Source: Callorhinchus milii (taxonomy: Eukaryota). Taken from it: a DNA stretch of 64,000 nucleotides. The translations under genes and the position numbers were made by a program. Every line of letters begins with the position of its first letter. The stretch's first letter is position 1. The stretch covers positions 17,176,001 through 17,240,000 of the forward strand of contig NW_024704743.1 of assembly GCF_018977255.1 (NCBI RefSeq). The letters run 5' to 3'. This document shows positions 51,901 through 63,090 of the stretch, piece by piece. Under the pieces are notes generated by a model, which saw nothing but the letters and a program-made list of their open reading frames with translations, was not told the DNA's origin and made no database searches.

Positions 51901-52606
51901 CGTCTTTTGAGGTCAGTGTGTCCTCATTCTGTCTAGGACTACAGAGCCACTGGATCTTGAGAAACAATGTCTTTGAGGTGCCTTGCTCTGCAGTAACACT
52001 TTCTGCCTTCTTTCTTTCTCATCTCTGCTGTGTTTTGCACTCCACCATGTGCTGTCCCATTATTTACCTTGTTCTCTGAGGTGTCTTTATCTGAGTTGTA
52101 CTGCTTTCTAAAGAGTTGAACAGTTTTATAGCTTTTGGGAGAATTGTGCCAGCCTTCCTTCTTTAAACTTGAAACTATTTACGAGCAGTGTATAAATGTA
52201 GTTTCCACCAAAACAGTATCCTTTGATGTAAGGAAGGAAGGAAGGCTGACACCATTCTCCCAAAAGTCCATGATATAAGGTGCTAAATCAAATACAAAGA
52301 TTATTAAAATCAACTGGTTTCAGAACCCCAGAAGTCATACTCAAACTCTATAATGTTCTGGTAAGACCGCACTTAAGAGTGCTGCGAACAGTTCTGATTG
52401 CTGCAACTTAAGGGCCCAGGCCCCAAAGGAAGTGCAGAGAGCAACAAGGATGAACCCCAGAGTTAGACAAATAAGCCTTGAATGACGATCAGACAAGCCA
52501 GGAATCGTGAAAGGAGGCAGCTCAGAGAGGGCCCTGGGTATATACTATTTTAAATGGGATTGTGAAAGTCATCACAGAACAATACTTTTGGATGCACCAC
52601 GACAGA

Positions 52607-52915
52607 ACAACAGTAACAAAAACAAAATTATTTTTGTATAGCGCCTTTCACGTCGGGACGATGTCACAAGGCCTGGACAGTCAATGCTTCGGACTTGAGC
52701 TGGGGTCGGGATCAGGGAGGGTGGAGGGCAGGGCGGGAAGCAGGGTGATTGCAGACATGGTCGAAGAGGAGGGTCTTGAGATGGGTCTTGAAGGAGGCAA
52801 GAGAGGAAGCGAGGCGGAGGGACTGCGGGATGGAGTTCCAGAGGGTGGGGGCAGCGGTGGCTCAAGGCTTGCCCGCCAATGGTGGGGTGGGCGAGGTGGG
52901 GGATGTGAAGCAGGC
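52607..52915 (-). mobile_element. L2 3' end inserted in a CR1-like fragment
   Basis: tgtatagcgcctttcacgtcggga...gtcttgagatgggtcttgaaggagg. Confidence 0.85.
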
Positions 52916-53563
52916 AGAGAAGAACCAGAGGTCAGAGGTTTTGAGTTTCAAAGAGAAATTATAGGACAGATATCAGAAGTACCCTGATGATTAACAACTG
53001 GAACAATTTACCAGGAAGAGTGATTGAGGCCAGGAACATGATGCTGTGGTGAGAAGGTGGTAAAGTGGGTATTCTGGAAGGATAAAATCAAATGGACTCA
53101 ATAGACTTCTTCATCTAAATCTCTTGTGTTCTTGTGATGAAAACACTTACAAACTGTCCACAAACAGTCGTGAATCCATCTCAAGCCATGAATGTTTGAG
53201 GGACACTGCTGTGTGCAATTGGCTGCCGCGTTTCGCCCACAAAATATACAGTCAATTCACTTTACAGTATATTCTGTGAAGCGCTTTGAGATGTCTTGAA
53301 GACATGATAAAGCACTTTATCAAATGCAAGGATTCTTATTGTTATTTTATCTACAACTAGTAATTATAAAGCACATTTCATGATTTTTTTGGTGTCAAAA
53401 TATTTTACAAATTGAGATTAATTAGAAATTAACTAATCTTGTTATGGAGGCAAACATGGCAGCTAATTTGTACTGAAAATGGCACAAAAATCAATGCTAT
53501 ACAGTGATATAAGAATAACATGACTAAATAAGATAAACTAAACAAATATTACCTGTCTTACAG

Positions 53564-53701
53564 CTAAAAATTATGTTTCCAAATATCTCAAATACCTTCA
53601 TCAGATATTACTGTTTTGGTGGACACTACATATACACACTGCTAGTACATGGGTACAAGTTTAACCCAATGAACTGGAAACAGATAACTTTTACAAATAA
53701 A
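53564..53701 (+). CDS. ENTPD3-like: Copy B exon 8
   Basis: 138 nt; LKIMFPNISNTFIRYYCFGGHYIYTLLVHGYKFNPMNWKQITFTNK; donor gtaagt. Confidence 0.92.
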
Positions 53702-53788
53702 GTAAGTTTAATGATTTTTTTTAAAATAGCAAATTCAACTGTTTCTGATTTATGCAAACGCAATGCTGCAGTGTTCTCCTTGTTTCAG

Positions 53789-53974
53789 ATAAAAGGACAC
53801 AAAATAAACTGGTCACTTGGTTTCATGTTAAACGTCACCAATAAGATTCCACGAACCATTCGAGGGATCAAAACTACAATGTCTTCAACTACTTTTAAAA
53901 CACTTTTCTTTGTGTTTTTAATCATAGGGATGGTATGTGTAACAATTATTTTCAAGGCAATTTTCAGTGAATAA
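53789..53974 (+). CDS. ENTPD3-like: Copy B last coding exon (ACR5 and C-terminal TM helix)
   Basis: IKGHKINWSLGFMLNVTNKIP...TLFFVFLIIGMVCVTIIFKAIFSE then TAA stop. Confidence 0.92.
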   Translation: MKGHKINWSLGFMLNVTNKIPRTIRGIKTTMSSTTFKTLFFVFLIIGMVCVTIIFKAIFSE

Positions 53975-54049
53975 ATTGTAATAATGCAAGTTCTCAGGAC
54001 GATTTTCTTACAACCAAGACTGATGTTTGTTTAACCAAGATCTAACTGA

Positions 54050-55800
54050 CATTTGTTTTAACCATCTCTTTGGCTTGTCATTTGATCTAAAGCATGTTAT
54101 GGTCATTTGAAGAACACTTTGAGAAGCCACCAGAGTTTTATCCTTCAATCAAGTGCTAGGTTTCCAATGTAGATTAGTACATGAGCAGTCAATGTCTCAT
54201 GTTCTCATTAGGAAGTTTCTCTTTCACTAGCATCCAAACAACTTAAAATAAACAATGGTACTCAGAATTATTCCTTACGACGGAACAGGTGGTTTTAAGA
54301 ATGGGAGGGTGGGGAAGAGTGGACATGAGCTTTTGCAGAGACCGAGATTGTTATAGCCACCATGTGCTCTGCTATACATGAGCCTTTGGGAATTAAATCA
54401 GTCAGTGGTGCTGTAGCACAGAGAGGTAAATTGTTAGCCACTTATGGTTCACTAAATTGTAAAATTGTTGATTTCATGTATGCCTTTGCCTGAAGCACTG
54501 AGTGACGGGACATTAGAAGGAAGCTTTCTTCTAGCCACTCGCATATACTTCTCGGTCACTGGACAGAGTAGAGCTGAGAGTGAATCATCTAACTATCATT
54601 GGCCCTGTAATAGGTGCAAAGAGAAAATGGGAAGAACTTGAATAACTCAGAACCAAACATTAAATAGAAATAAAAATGCAATCAATTTGTCTCACAATAT
54701 ATACCATATAGCAACTATGTTAACTGTGACTCATTTTGTAAAGGCAGTCCAGAATTAATGTCCCATATTTTCAATGTGATTGATGGCCTCTTTGCTTTTC
54801 TATAATAGACATTTTACCATATAGACAGAGTCTACGTATCTGGAATCCTTGCTTTAAGTAGTAAACTACAGTAAATTCCTGATAACTTGACCGTGGCTTG
54901 ACTTGTCAGTACCACTTAAGTCATCATACTGTCAATATCCCAGACACATTTATTTACATATTTATTATACATGTGCCTAACTCACCAGTCCAGATACCTC
55001 TTCAGCTTTGCATTTGCCACTACAATAGTTTTGCTAACATTGCGGTTGAAGTCTGTTACAAACTTCCTCCTGGGCACGATCTGAATTGCTGTTTAGAATT
55101 GATTTGACCATTTTTGAAAGTTTCCCTTGAAATGATGAGTTATCAGGAGTTTACTGCTTCTTATTCATGATATTTAAATAATTCCATTAACCACAATAGT
55201 GGAGCTTACGTGATTTATAATTACCATCTGAACTCTCCTCCCAAACAGCTCAGAAATCACTTCATGGGACACCTTCGTTTTTATATATTTTAGCTGTTAT
55301 GTTTTGGTTCTATTCAATATTTTTCATTACCAAAATTGCTTGTTTCATGTTATATAACATTATGTTGTATGATTAAAACCATCTTTAGAAATTATGCAGT
55401 TATTACCAGGAATTGCTATATTCACTACGTGTGTGGAAAATTCCACGAGTCTAGATTTACTCTATTTATGTAGCGCTTGAAAATATCCAGTGTTAGGAAA
55501 TTCTGAAATACAGCCTGTACTTTGAAGCTGGTTTTCTATATACTTCCCTTAAAAACTACAGCAAACCCACTTCAAAGTTGAGACCTAGAATTAAATTAAT
55601 AATAGAAAAATCCCCCAAACACGGAAAAGTATTCCACAGTAAAACTCTGGTATGAAGCAGGGAGGTTTGCATTTGCCACTACAGTATAAAAATAGTTTTC
55701 TAACGCTGCAGTTGAAGTCTGTTACAAACTTCCTCCTGGGCATGATCTGAATTACAGATTAGAATTGATTTGACCATTTTTGAAAGTTCTGAATTATTAT
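54050..55800 (+). other. 3' UTR/flank of copy B, homologous to 27460-28920
   Basis: For example, ggccctgtaatagg...gaagaacttgaataactcagaaccaaacattaaatagaaataaaaatg is shared. Confidence 0.6.
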
Positions 55801-55809
55801 AGATGAATG

Positions 55810-56720
55810 GCAACAACAACTACAATACATTGCATTTATATAGCACCTAAATGCAATTTGGGAGCGCTGGACAATGAGGGATTTGCATCCGAGCTGCAGG
55901 TTGACTGAAGCCACGATGGGAAAGAAAGGTCTTGAGATGGGACTTGAAGGAGGCGAGGGAGGGAGTGAAGCAGAGTGATGGAGTTCCAGAGAGTGGGGGC
56001 AGAAAGACTGAAAGTCCGATTGCTGATAGTGGAGGAAGCAATGCGGGGGATATGGAGCAATTCAGTGCCTGCAGAGCAGAGGGAGCAGACAGCTTGGTGA
56101 AGCTTTAATAGGTCGCAGAGACAGGGAGAAGCAAGACTGTGGAGGGTTTTAAAGATGGAGACAAGGATCTTGAACTCGATCGTCTGGGGATGGGGAGCCA
56201 GTGAGGCTGAGCAAGGACAGCTCACGAAGCTTAGTGCAGGAGAGGACAAGAGCTGCAAGAGTTCTAAATAATTTACAGCTTGTGATGGAAAGAGTGGGAA
56301 GTCCAGTGAGCATGAAGTTACCATAATCAAGCCTGGTCTTGAAAGCATGGATGAGGGTTTCAGCAGCCTTAAGGGTGAGAGAGCGGCAGAGTTGGACAAT
56401 GTTGCGGAGGTGGAGAAAGGCAGAACGAGTAATGGCACTGTGTAGGATGTGGAGCAGACCAGTGGGGTTTAAGGGACAGTTGAAGGTTGAACAAGACACT
56501 AAGGTTCTGGAATGGCTTGACGAGGTGGAGAGTGCATCCAAGTATCGTGACAGTGCCTGTGGTGAGGAAGTGCTGACGGGAGCCAAACAGGTGACTTTGA
56601 TTTTGTCGACATTTAAATTGGCTCTCAACCAGGATTTGATGTGTGACAGACAATCCATCAAGACAGTAGTGGTCCTGGAGTCGAGGGTGGGGTCTGAGAT
56701 AGAGTTGGGTATCATCCAAA
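55810..56720 (-). mobile_element. L2 LINE 3' portion
   Basis: DDTQLY, AFLHLRNI and AETLIHAF motifs. Confidence 0.85.
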
Positions 56721-57959
56721 AAATGTGGTCACACAATCCATGACTGTTTGTGTGACAGAGCTGTGCGCAATTGACTGCTGCGTTTCGCCCACAAAATACA
56801 CAGTGAATTCACTGTACAGTATATTCCATGATGCGCTTTGAGATGTCTCAATGACATGATAGGGTGCCATATCAAAGGCAACGATTACTATTATTTATTA
56901 TATGCATACATGTGGAAGTTAACAGGTGGATGGGATGGTTCAATCATTTACCATTTAGGTTTCAAATCAGCAACAAATGTCCTATTGGACTATCCTATTG
57001 GACTATTGGTTGCCGCGTCACTTTACAGTATATTGTGAAGCACTTTGAGATGTCCCAAAGACAATGTTACGGCACTTTATCAAATGCAAGGATTATTATT
57101 ATCCTCCCGACACGAATGGCGTCCTCAACGTTTCTGCACACTGTTGGGCCATCCGCTTCCTATCAACCCACCCATTGGGTCATCCGTGTATCCTACAACC
57201 AGTCCCGCTCTCCCAATGAACCATCAACTCTCCATGCACTCTCAATGGACTGTCCGCCTGTCTCTTTGTTTCTCTTCAGCAGCACACAGCTCCTCCCTTC
57301 TGCATTTCAGATGCCACCCGGCAACACCATAGGCCTGATTTTTTTCAGGTTAGCCGGGTATCCGACATGCGGAAACACATCACTATGCTTAAAGAGTATC
57401 CAAACCAAACTGAGATTTCCATGCATCCCACTTCCACATGGAAATCCCAGATATTTTGTTGGACTGGAATGCGTGCTCTCCCTGGAGGGACAAATCCTGC
57501 TTACCTAATTCCAGAAACTATTGGCACAGGTTGGCAAGAGCCAAGATTTAGGGACCCCAGAGTTTGTGTTGCGGTACTGCTGAACTCTAACCAGCTAAAA
57601 CCGCACAGCTTGCTGTCTGGCAAGCTTTCCTGCTGCTTGTCCAGCTAGGACCACCCTACCCATTAGGGCTTTGGCTTGCAGGGTTAACAAGAGCTGCGTG
57701 GGATGACTCCACCTCCAGGACCTGGTCTGTTCTTCCAGGTCCTGACGATGAGTCAGGCTGGCTGTGCTGCCATCAGAAGTGCCCTGGAATACTGTGGACC
57801 CGCCTGGCTCAGGAACTTGACTACTGAGACCTCCACAGAGGGCTGGCCCGATTCTGACATTCCGTTGCCAGATATGACACCTTGGTGTCAGCTCAGCTCC
57901 AAGGAAATCCTGCTGACCTCCCCCACCCAACCTCAGAAGAACAGTCACACCTAAATGTC

Positions 57960-59210
57960 ATGATCCCTCCCTCCACACCTTCGACCCTGTCTCCCACTCC
58001 TCTCTCATCACCACTATAATTTGCATGAAACCGAACACCTGCTCACTCGACCCCATCCCTACACCTCTCCTTACCCCCCAGCTCCACCTTCTTGCACCTC
58101 TACTTACAGACATCATAAACCTCTCCCTATCCACTGGTACCGTTCCCAAAGTTTCTCCTCTAGCCCCCACAACGTCTTGTGCGACATTTCTCAGAGCTCT
58201 GTCCTTGGTCCCCTCCTCTTCAACATCTATATGCTCCTCTTGGTGACATCATCCGCAAACATGGGGTCAACTTCCACATGTATGCGGGTGACACTCAACT
58301 CTATCTCTGCCTCCACCTTCGACTCCAGGACCACTGCTGTCCTGATAGAATGACTGTCAGACATCAAGTCCTGGATGAGAGCTAACTTTCTACAGTTGAA
58401 CGTCAACACGACCGAGGCTCTCCTGATTGGCTCTCGTCAGCGCCTCCACACCTCAGGCGCTGACAGCATCACCAGCCAAGGATGCACACTCCACCTCACT
58501 GAGCCATTCCGGAACCTTAGAGTCTTGTTTGACCCTCAACTATCCTTTCTACCCCACATCCGCACCATGACCTGCTTTGCCTTCCCCACCTCTACAACCT
58601 CGCCCGGCTCCACCATTCTCACACCGCAGGCCGCAGAAACCCTCATAAATGCATTCATAACACCGAAGCTTGACTATGCAAACTTCTTGCTTGTCGACCT
58701 CCCCAACTCCTCCCTACGTAGGCTGCAGGTTATTCCAGAACTCTGCAGACCATGTCCTCTCCTGCATCAGGTTCCATGACTTTATCACCCCCATTCTTGC
58801 CCAACTCTACTGGCTTCCCATCACACAGAGGATACAGTTCAAGATCGTGGTCTTAACCTTCAAAGCCCTCCATGGCCTTGCTCCCCCTACCTCTGCAACC
58901 TACTAACCCCCTACTAACCTGCCCGCTCCCTCCGCTCAGTGGGTTCTGGCCTGCTTCACGTTCCCCACCTTGACCAGCCCACCATTGGTCTTCAGCCTTC
59001 AGGCACTCTGCCCCCACCCTCGCCACTTTCAAGAGCCATCTCAAGGCCCTCCTCTTTGATTGTGCTTTCGATCTACCTGGTTCCCCCGCATCGCCCTCCA
59101 CCGTCCCCCACCCTGAGCCCCAGCTCGGGTCCAAAACTCTGACTGTCCAGCGCCTTGGGACGTCCTCCCGGCGTGAAAGGCACTTTACAAATGTAATTTT
59201 GTTATTATTG
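57960..59210 (+). mobile_element. L2 LINE RT C-terminus to 3' end
   Basis: [22 protein letters not shown] and QLYWLPI motifs; L2 tail at 59145-59210. Confidence 0.9.
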
Positions 59211-59294
59211 TACCTGCATGAATGACAAAAACTAGTCCCAAAATTTGGCATGCGCCCAAAGCCTTTTCTTTTACACATAATATACAGTATATAT

Positions 59295-62200
59295 TGGGGG
59301 TGGGGGGGAGAAGTGAGAGTGATTGGGGTTGGGGGAGAGAAGTGAGAGTGATTAGGGGATGAGGGGGGGATGAAGTGAGAGTGATTGGGTGTGGGGGGAT
59401 GAAGTGAGTGATTGGGGGGTGGGGGGGGCATGAAGTGAGAGTAATTGGGTGGGTGAGTGGGGGTTGAAGTGAGAGTGATTGGGGGGTGGGGGGGTTGAAG
59501 TCAGAGTGATTGGGGGTGGGGGGGAGAAGTGAGAGTGATGGGGGGTGAGGGGGGGAATGAAGTGAGAGTGATTGGGGGGTGGGGGTGGGGGGTGAAGTGA
59601 GAGTGATTGGGGGGTGAGGGGGAAGAACTGAGAGTGATTGGGGGTGAGGGGGATGAAGTGAGAGTGATTGGGGGTGGGGGGGATGAAGTGAGAGTGATTG
59701 GGGGTGGGGGGATGAAGTGAGAGTGATTGGGGGAGAGGGGGGTGAAGTGAGAGTGATTGGTGGGTGAGGGGGGATGAAGTGAGAGTGATTGGGGGTGGGG
59801 AGTGATGAAGTGAGAGTGATTGGGGGTGGGGGGGATGAAGTGAGAGTGATTGGGGTGTGGGGGGGATGAAGTCAGAGTGATTGGGGGGTGAAGGGGATGA
59901 AGTGAGAGTGATTGGGGGTGGGGGGGTTGAAGTGAGAGTGATTGGGGGTGAAGGGGGGATGAAGTGAGAGTGATTGGGGGGGGGGGGCATGAAGTGAGAG
60001 TGATTGGGGGGTGAGGGGGGATGAAGTGAGAGTGATGGAGGGGTGGGGGGGTCTGAAGTGAGAGTGATTGGGGGGTGGGGGGGTCTGAAGTGAGAGTGAT
60101 TGGGGGAGGATGAAGTGAGAGTGATTGGGGGGTGAGGGTGGGATAAGTGAGAGTGATTGGGGGGTGAGGGGGATGAAGTGAGAGTGATTGGCGGGTGGGG
60201 GGGATGAAGTGAGAGTGATTGGGGGGTGAGGGGGCATGAAGTGAGAGTGATTGGGCGGTGGGGGGGCATGAAGTGAGAGTGATTGGTGGGTGGGGGGGGG
60301 ATGAAGTGAGAGTGATTGGGGGGGTGAGGGGGGGTTGACGTGAGAGTGATTGGGGGATGAGGGGGATGAAGTGAGAGTGATGGGGGGTGAGGGGGGATGA
60401 AGTGAGAGTGATTGGGGGTGAGGGGGTGGATGAAGTGAGAGTGATTGGGGGTGGGGGGTAGAAGTGAGAGTGATTGGGGGTGGGGGAAGAAGTGAGAGTG
60501 ATTAGGGGATGAGGGGGGATGAAGTGAGAGTGATTGGGGGTGGGGGGGCATGAAGTGAGACTAATTGGGTGGGTGAGTGGGGGTTGAAGTGAGAATGATT
60601 GGGGGTGGGGGGGGCATGAAGTGAGAGTGGTTGGGGGGGTGAGGGGGGGTGAAGTCAGAGTGATTGGGGGTGGGGGGGGGGAGAAGTGAGAGTGATTGGG
60701 GGTGAGGGGGGATGAAGTGAGAGTGATTGGGGGGGGATGGGGAGGTGAAGTGAGAGTGATTGGGGGGTGGGGGGAAGAAGTGAGAGTGATTGGGGGGTGA
60801 GGGGGGGATGAAGTGAGAGTGATGGGGGGGGTGAAGTGAGAGTGATTGGGGGGGTGAGGGGGGGATGAAGTGAGAGTGATTGGGGGGGTGAGGGGGGATG
60901 AAGTGAGAGTGATTGGGGGTGAGGGGGGATGAAGTGAGAGTGATGGGGCTATGAAGTGAGAGTGATTGGGGGTGAGGGGGGATGAAGTGAGAGTGATGGG
61001 GTGGGGGGGGGATGAAGTGAGAGTGATTGGGGGGTGAGGGGGGATGAAGTAAGAGTGATTTGGGGGTGGGGGGATGACGTGAGAGTGATTGGGGAGGGGA
61101 TGAATTGAGAGTGATTGGGGGTGAGGGGGGGTGAACAGAGTGATGGTGGGGGATGAAGTGAGAGTGATTGGGGGTGAGGGGGATGAAGTAAGAGTGATTG
61201 GGGTGGGGGGGGATGAGTGAGAGTGATTGGGGGGGGATGAATTGAGAGTGATTGTGGGGGTGAGGGAGCGATGAAGTGAGAGTGATTGGGGGGTGAGGGG
61301 GGATGAAGTGAGAGTGATTGGGGGGTGGAGGGATGAAGTGAGAGTGATTGGGGGGTGGGGGGGATGAAGTGAGAGTGATTGGAGGATGAAGTGAGAGTGA
61401 TTGGGGGGGTGGGGATGAAGTGAGAGTGATGGGGTGGGTGAGGGGATGAAGTGAGAGTGATGGGGGGTGAGAGGGGGATGAAGTGAGAGTGATGGGGGGT
61501 GAGGGGGGATTGAAGTGAGAGTGATGGGGGTGAGGGGGGATGAAGTGAGAGTGATTGGGGGTGGTGGGGGGTTGAAGTGAGAGTGATTGGGGGGTGAGGG
61601 GGGATGAAGTGAGAGTGATGGGTGGGGTGGATGAAGTGAGAGTGATTGGGTGTGGGGGGATGAAGTCAGAGTGATTGGGGGGTAGGGGGGGATGAAGTGA
61701 GAGTGATTGGCGGATGAGGTGGGGATGAATTGAGAGTGATTGGGTGGGGGGTGAAGTGAGAGTGATTGGGGGCGGGGGGGATGAAGTGAGAGTGATTGGG
61801 GGATGAAGTGAGAGTGATTGGGGGGTGAGGATGAAGTGAGAGTGATTGGGGGGTGAGGATGAAGTGAGAGTGATTGGGGGAGTGAGGGTGAGGATGATGT
61901 GAGAGTGATTGGGGGGGTGTGGGGGATGAAGTGAGAGTGATTGGGGTGAGGGGGATGTAGTGAGAGTGATGGGGGTGAGGGGGGATGAAGTGAGAGTGAT
62001 GGGGGGGTGAGGGATGAAGTGAGAGTGATGGGGGGTGAGGGGGATGAAGTGAGAGTGATGGGGGGTGAGGGGGGGATGTAGTGAGAGTGATGGGGGGTGA
62101 GGGGGGATGAAGTGAGAGTGATGGGGGGGGGGATGAAGTGAGAGTGATTGGGGTGAGGGGGGATGTAGTGAGAGTGATGGGGGTGAGGGGGGGATGAAGT

Positions 62201-62764
62201 GAGAGTGATGGGGGGGGTGGTGAGGGGGATGAAGTGAGAGTGATGGGGGGGTGAGGGGGGATGAAGTGAGAGTGATGGGGGGGTGACGGGGGGATGAAGT
62301 GAGAGTGATGGGGGGGTGAGGGGATGAAGTGAGAGTGATGGGGGGGTGAGGGGGGGATGAAGTGAGAGTGATGGGGGGGTGAGGGGGGATGAAGTGAGAG
62401 TGATTGGGGGGTGAGGGGGGATGAAGTGAGAGTGATTGGCGGATGAGGGGGGGGTGAAGTGAGAGTGATTGGGGGGGAATGAAGTGAGAGTGATTGGGGG
62501 ATGAAGTGAGAGTGATTGGGGGGGTGGGGGATGAAGTGAGAGTGATTGGGGGGGGAGGGGATGAAGTGAGAGTGATTGGGGGGGGAGGGGATGAAGTGAG
62601 AGTGATTGGGGGGTGAGGGGGGGATGAAGTGAGAGTGATTGGGGGGTGAGGGGTGAGGATGAAGTGAGAGTGATGGGGGGGTGAGGGGATGAAGTGAGAG
62701 TGATGGGGGGGAGGGGATGAAGTGAGAGTGATGGGGAGGGGATGAAGTGAGAGTGATGGGGGGG
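59295..62764. repeat. Expanded G-rich minisatellite with the same core, ~3.5 kb (on the order of 100+ units)
   Basis: Directly visible; source of the spurious Pro/His/Ser-rich minus-strand ORFs. Confidence 0.97.
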
Positions 62765-63090
62765 TCCCTCTTGCTCTCGCTGTCTCTCTTGTTTGGCTGA
62801 TCTTTGGCGCTGGAGGACTGCAGCTCTGATGCCGGACGTTGGGACAGAGCGTCACTGACGCACAATCCCCGACGCTCACGTTCACTCTCTCAGTGTCTCA
62901 GGGCATCCGCGGCGCCTCCTCCTCACCAGGTGCTGTGGGCCCGGGCCCGGGCCTGGCACAGAGGGCACTGTACACCCACAGGAGCCGCGCCACTGAGCAG
63001 ACAGTTGGGAGAAGCCTCACATGAGCCCTGAGGTGGGAGTGAGCGCAGGTCACAACATCCCCCCCCACGACAGCCTCAGCCCCCCCCACC
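62765..63090 (+). promoter_or_regulatory. Putative promoter / first exon of a third copy (C) continuing beyond the window
   Basis: Near-identical to 31234-31560; donor-like gtgagc at 63039; downstream 63840-64000 aligns with 32355-32510. Confidence 0.55.

Larger units (their letters stand above)
32786..53974 (+). other. ENTPD3-like: Gene model, copy B: ENTPD3-like protein with degenerate catalytic motifs, join(32786-32798?,33852-33973,34813-34930,41547-41697,44556-44715,45681-45908,50329-50601,50702-50812,53564-53701,53789-53974), ~499 aa
   Basis: Exons 2-9 have the same lengths as copy A (118,151,160,228,273,111,138,186). All introns are GT-AG, there are no stops or frameshifts, and both TM segments and the 10 conserved Cys are present. 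Confidence 0.88.

Noticed and set aside
33852..53974. Copy B as a classical pseudogene
   Set aside because: No stop, frameshift or broken GT/AG found despite roughly 40-50% amino-acid divergence in the exons counted; expression is still unproven.
56864..57508. 214-aa ORF
   Set aside because: Runs across SINE tails and an unclassified repeat; no domain or splice support.
59295..62764. CRISPR-like look (constant core with variable linkers)
   Set aside because: Linkers are low-complexity G-runs, not unique spacers; vertebrate context and no cas genes.
59352..62885. Long minus-strand Pro/His/Ser-rich ORFs (399 aa, 774 aa) and the similar ones at 30578-31354
   Set aside because: They are translations of a stop-poor minisatellite; several frames are open and unit lengths are not multiples of 3.
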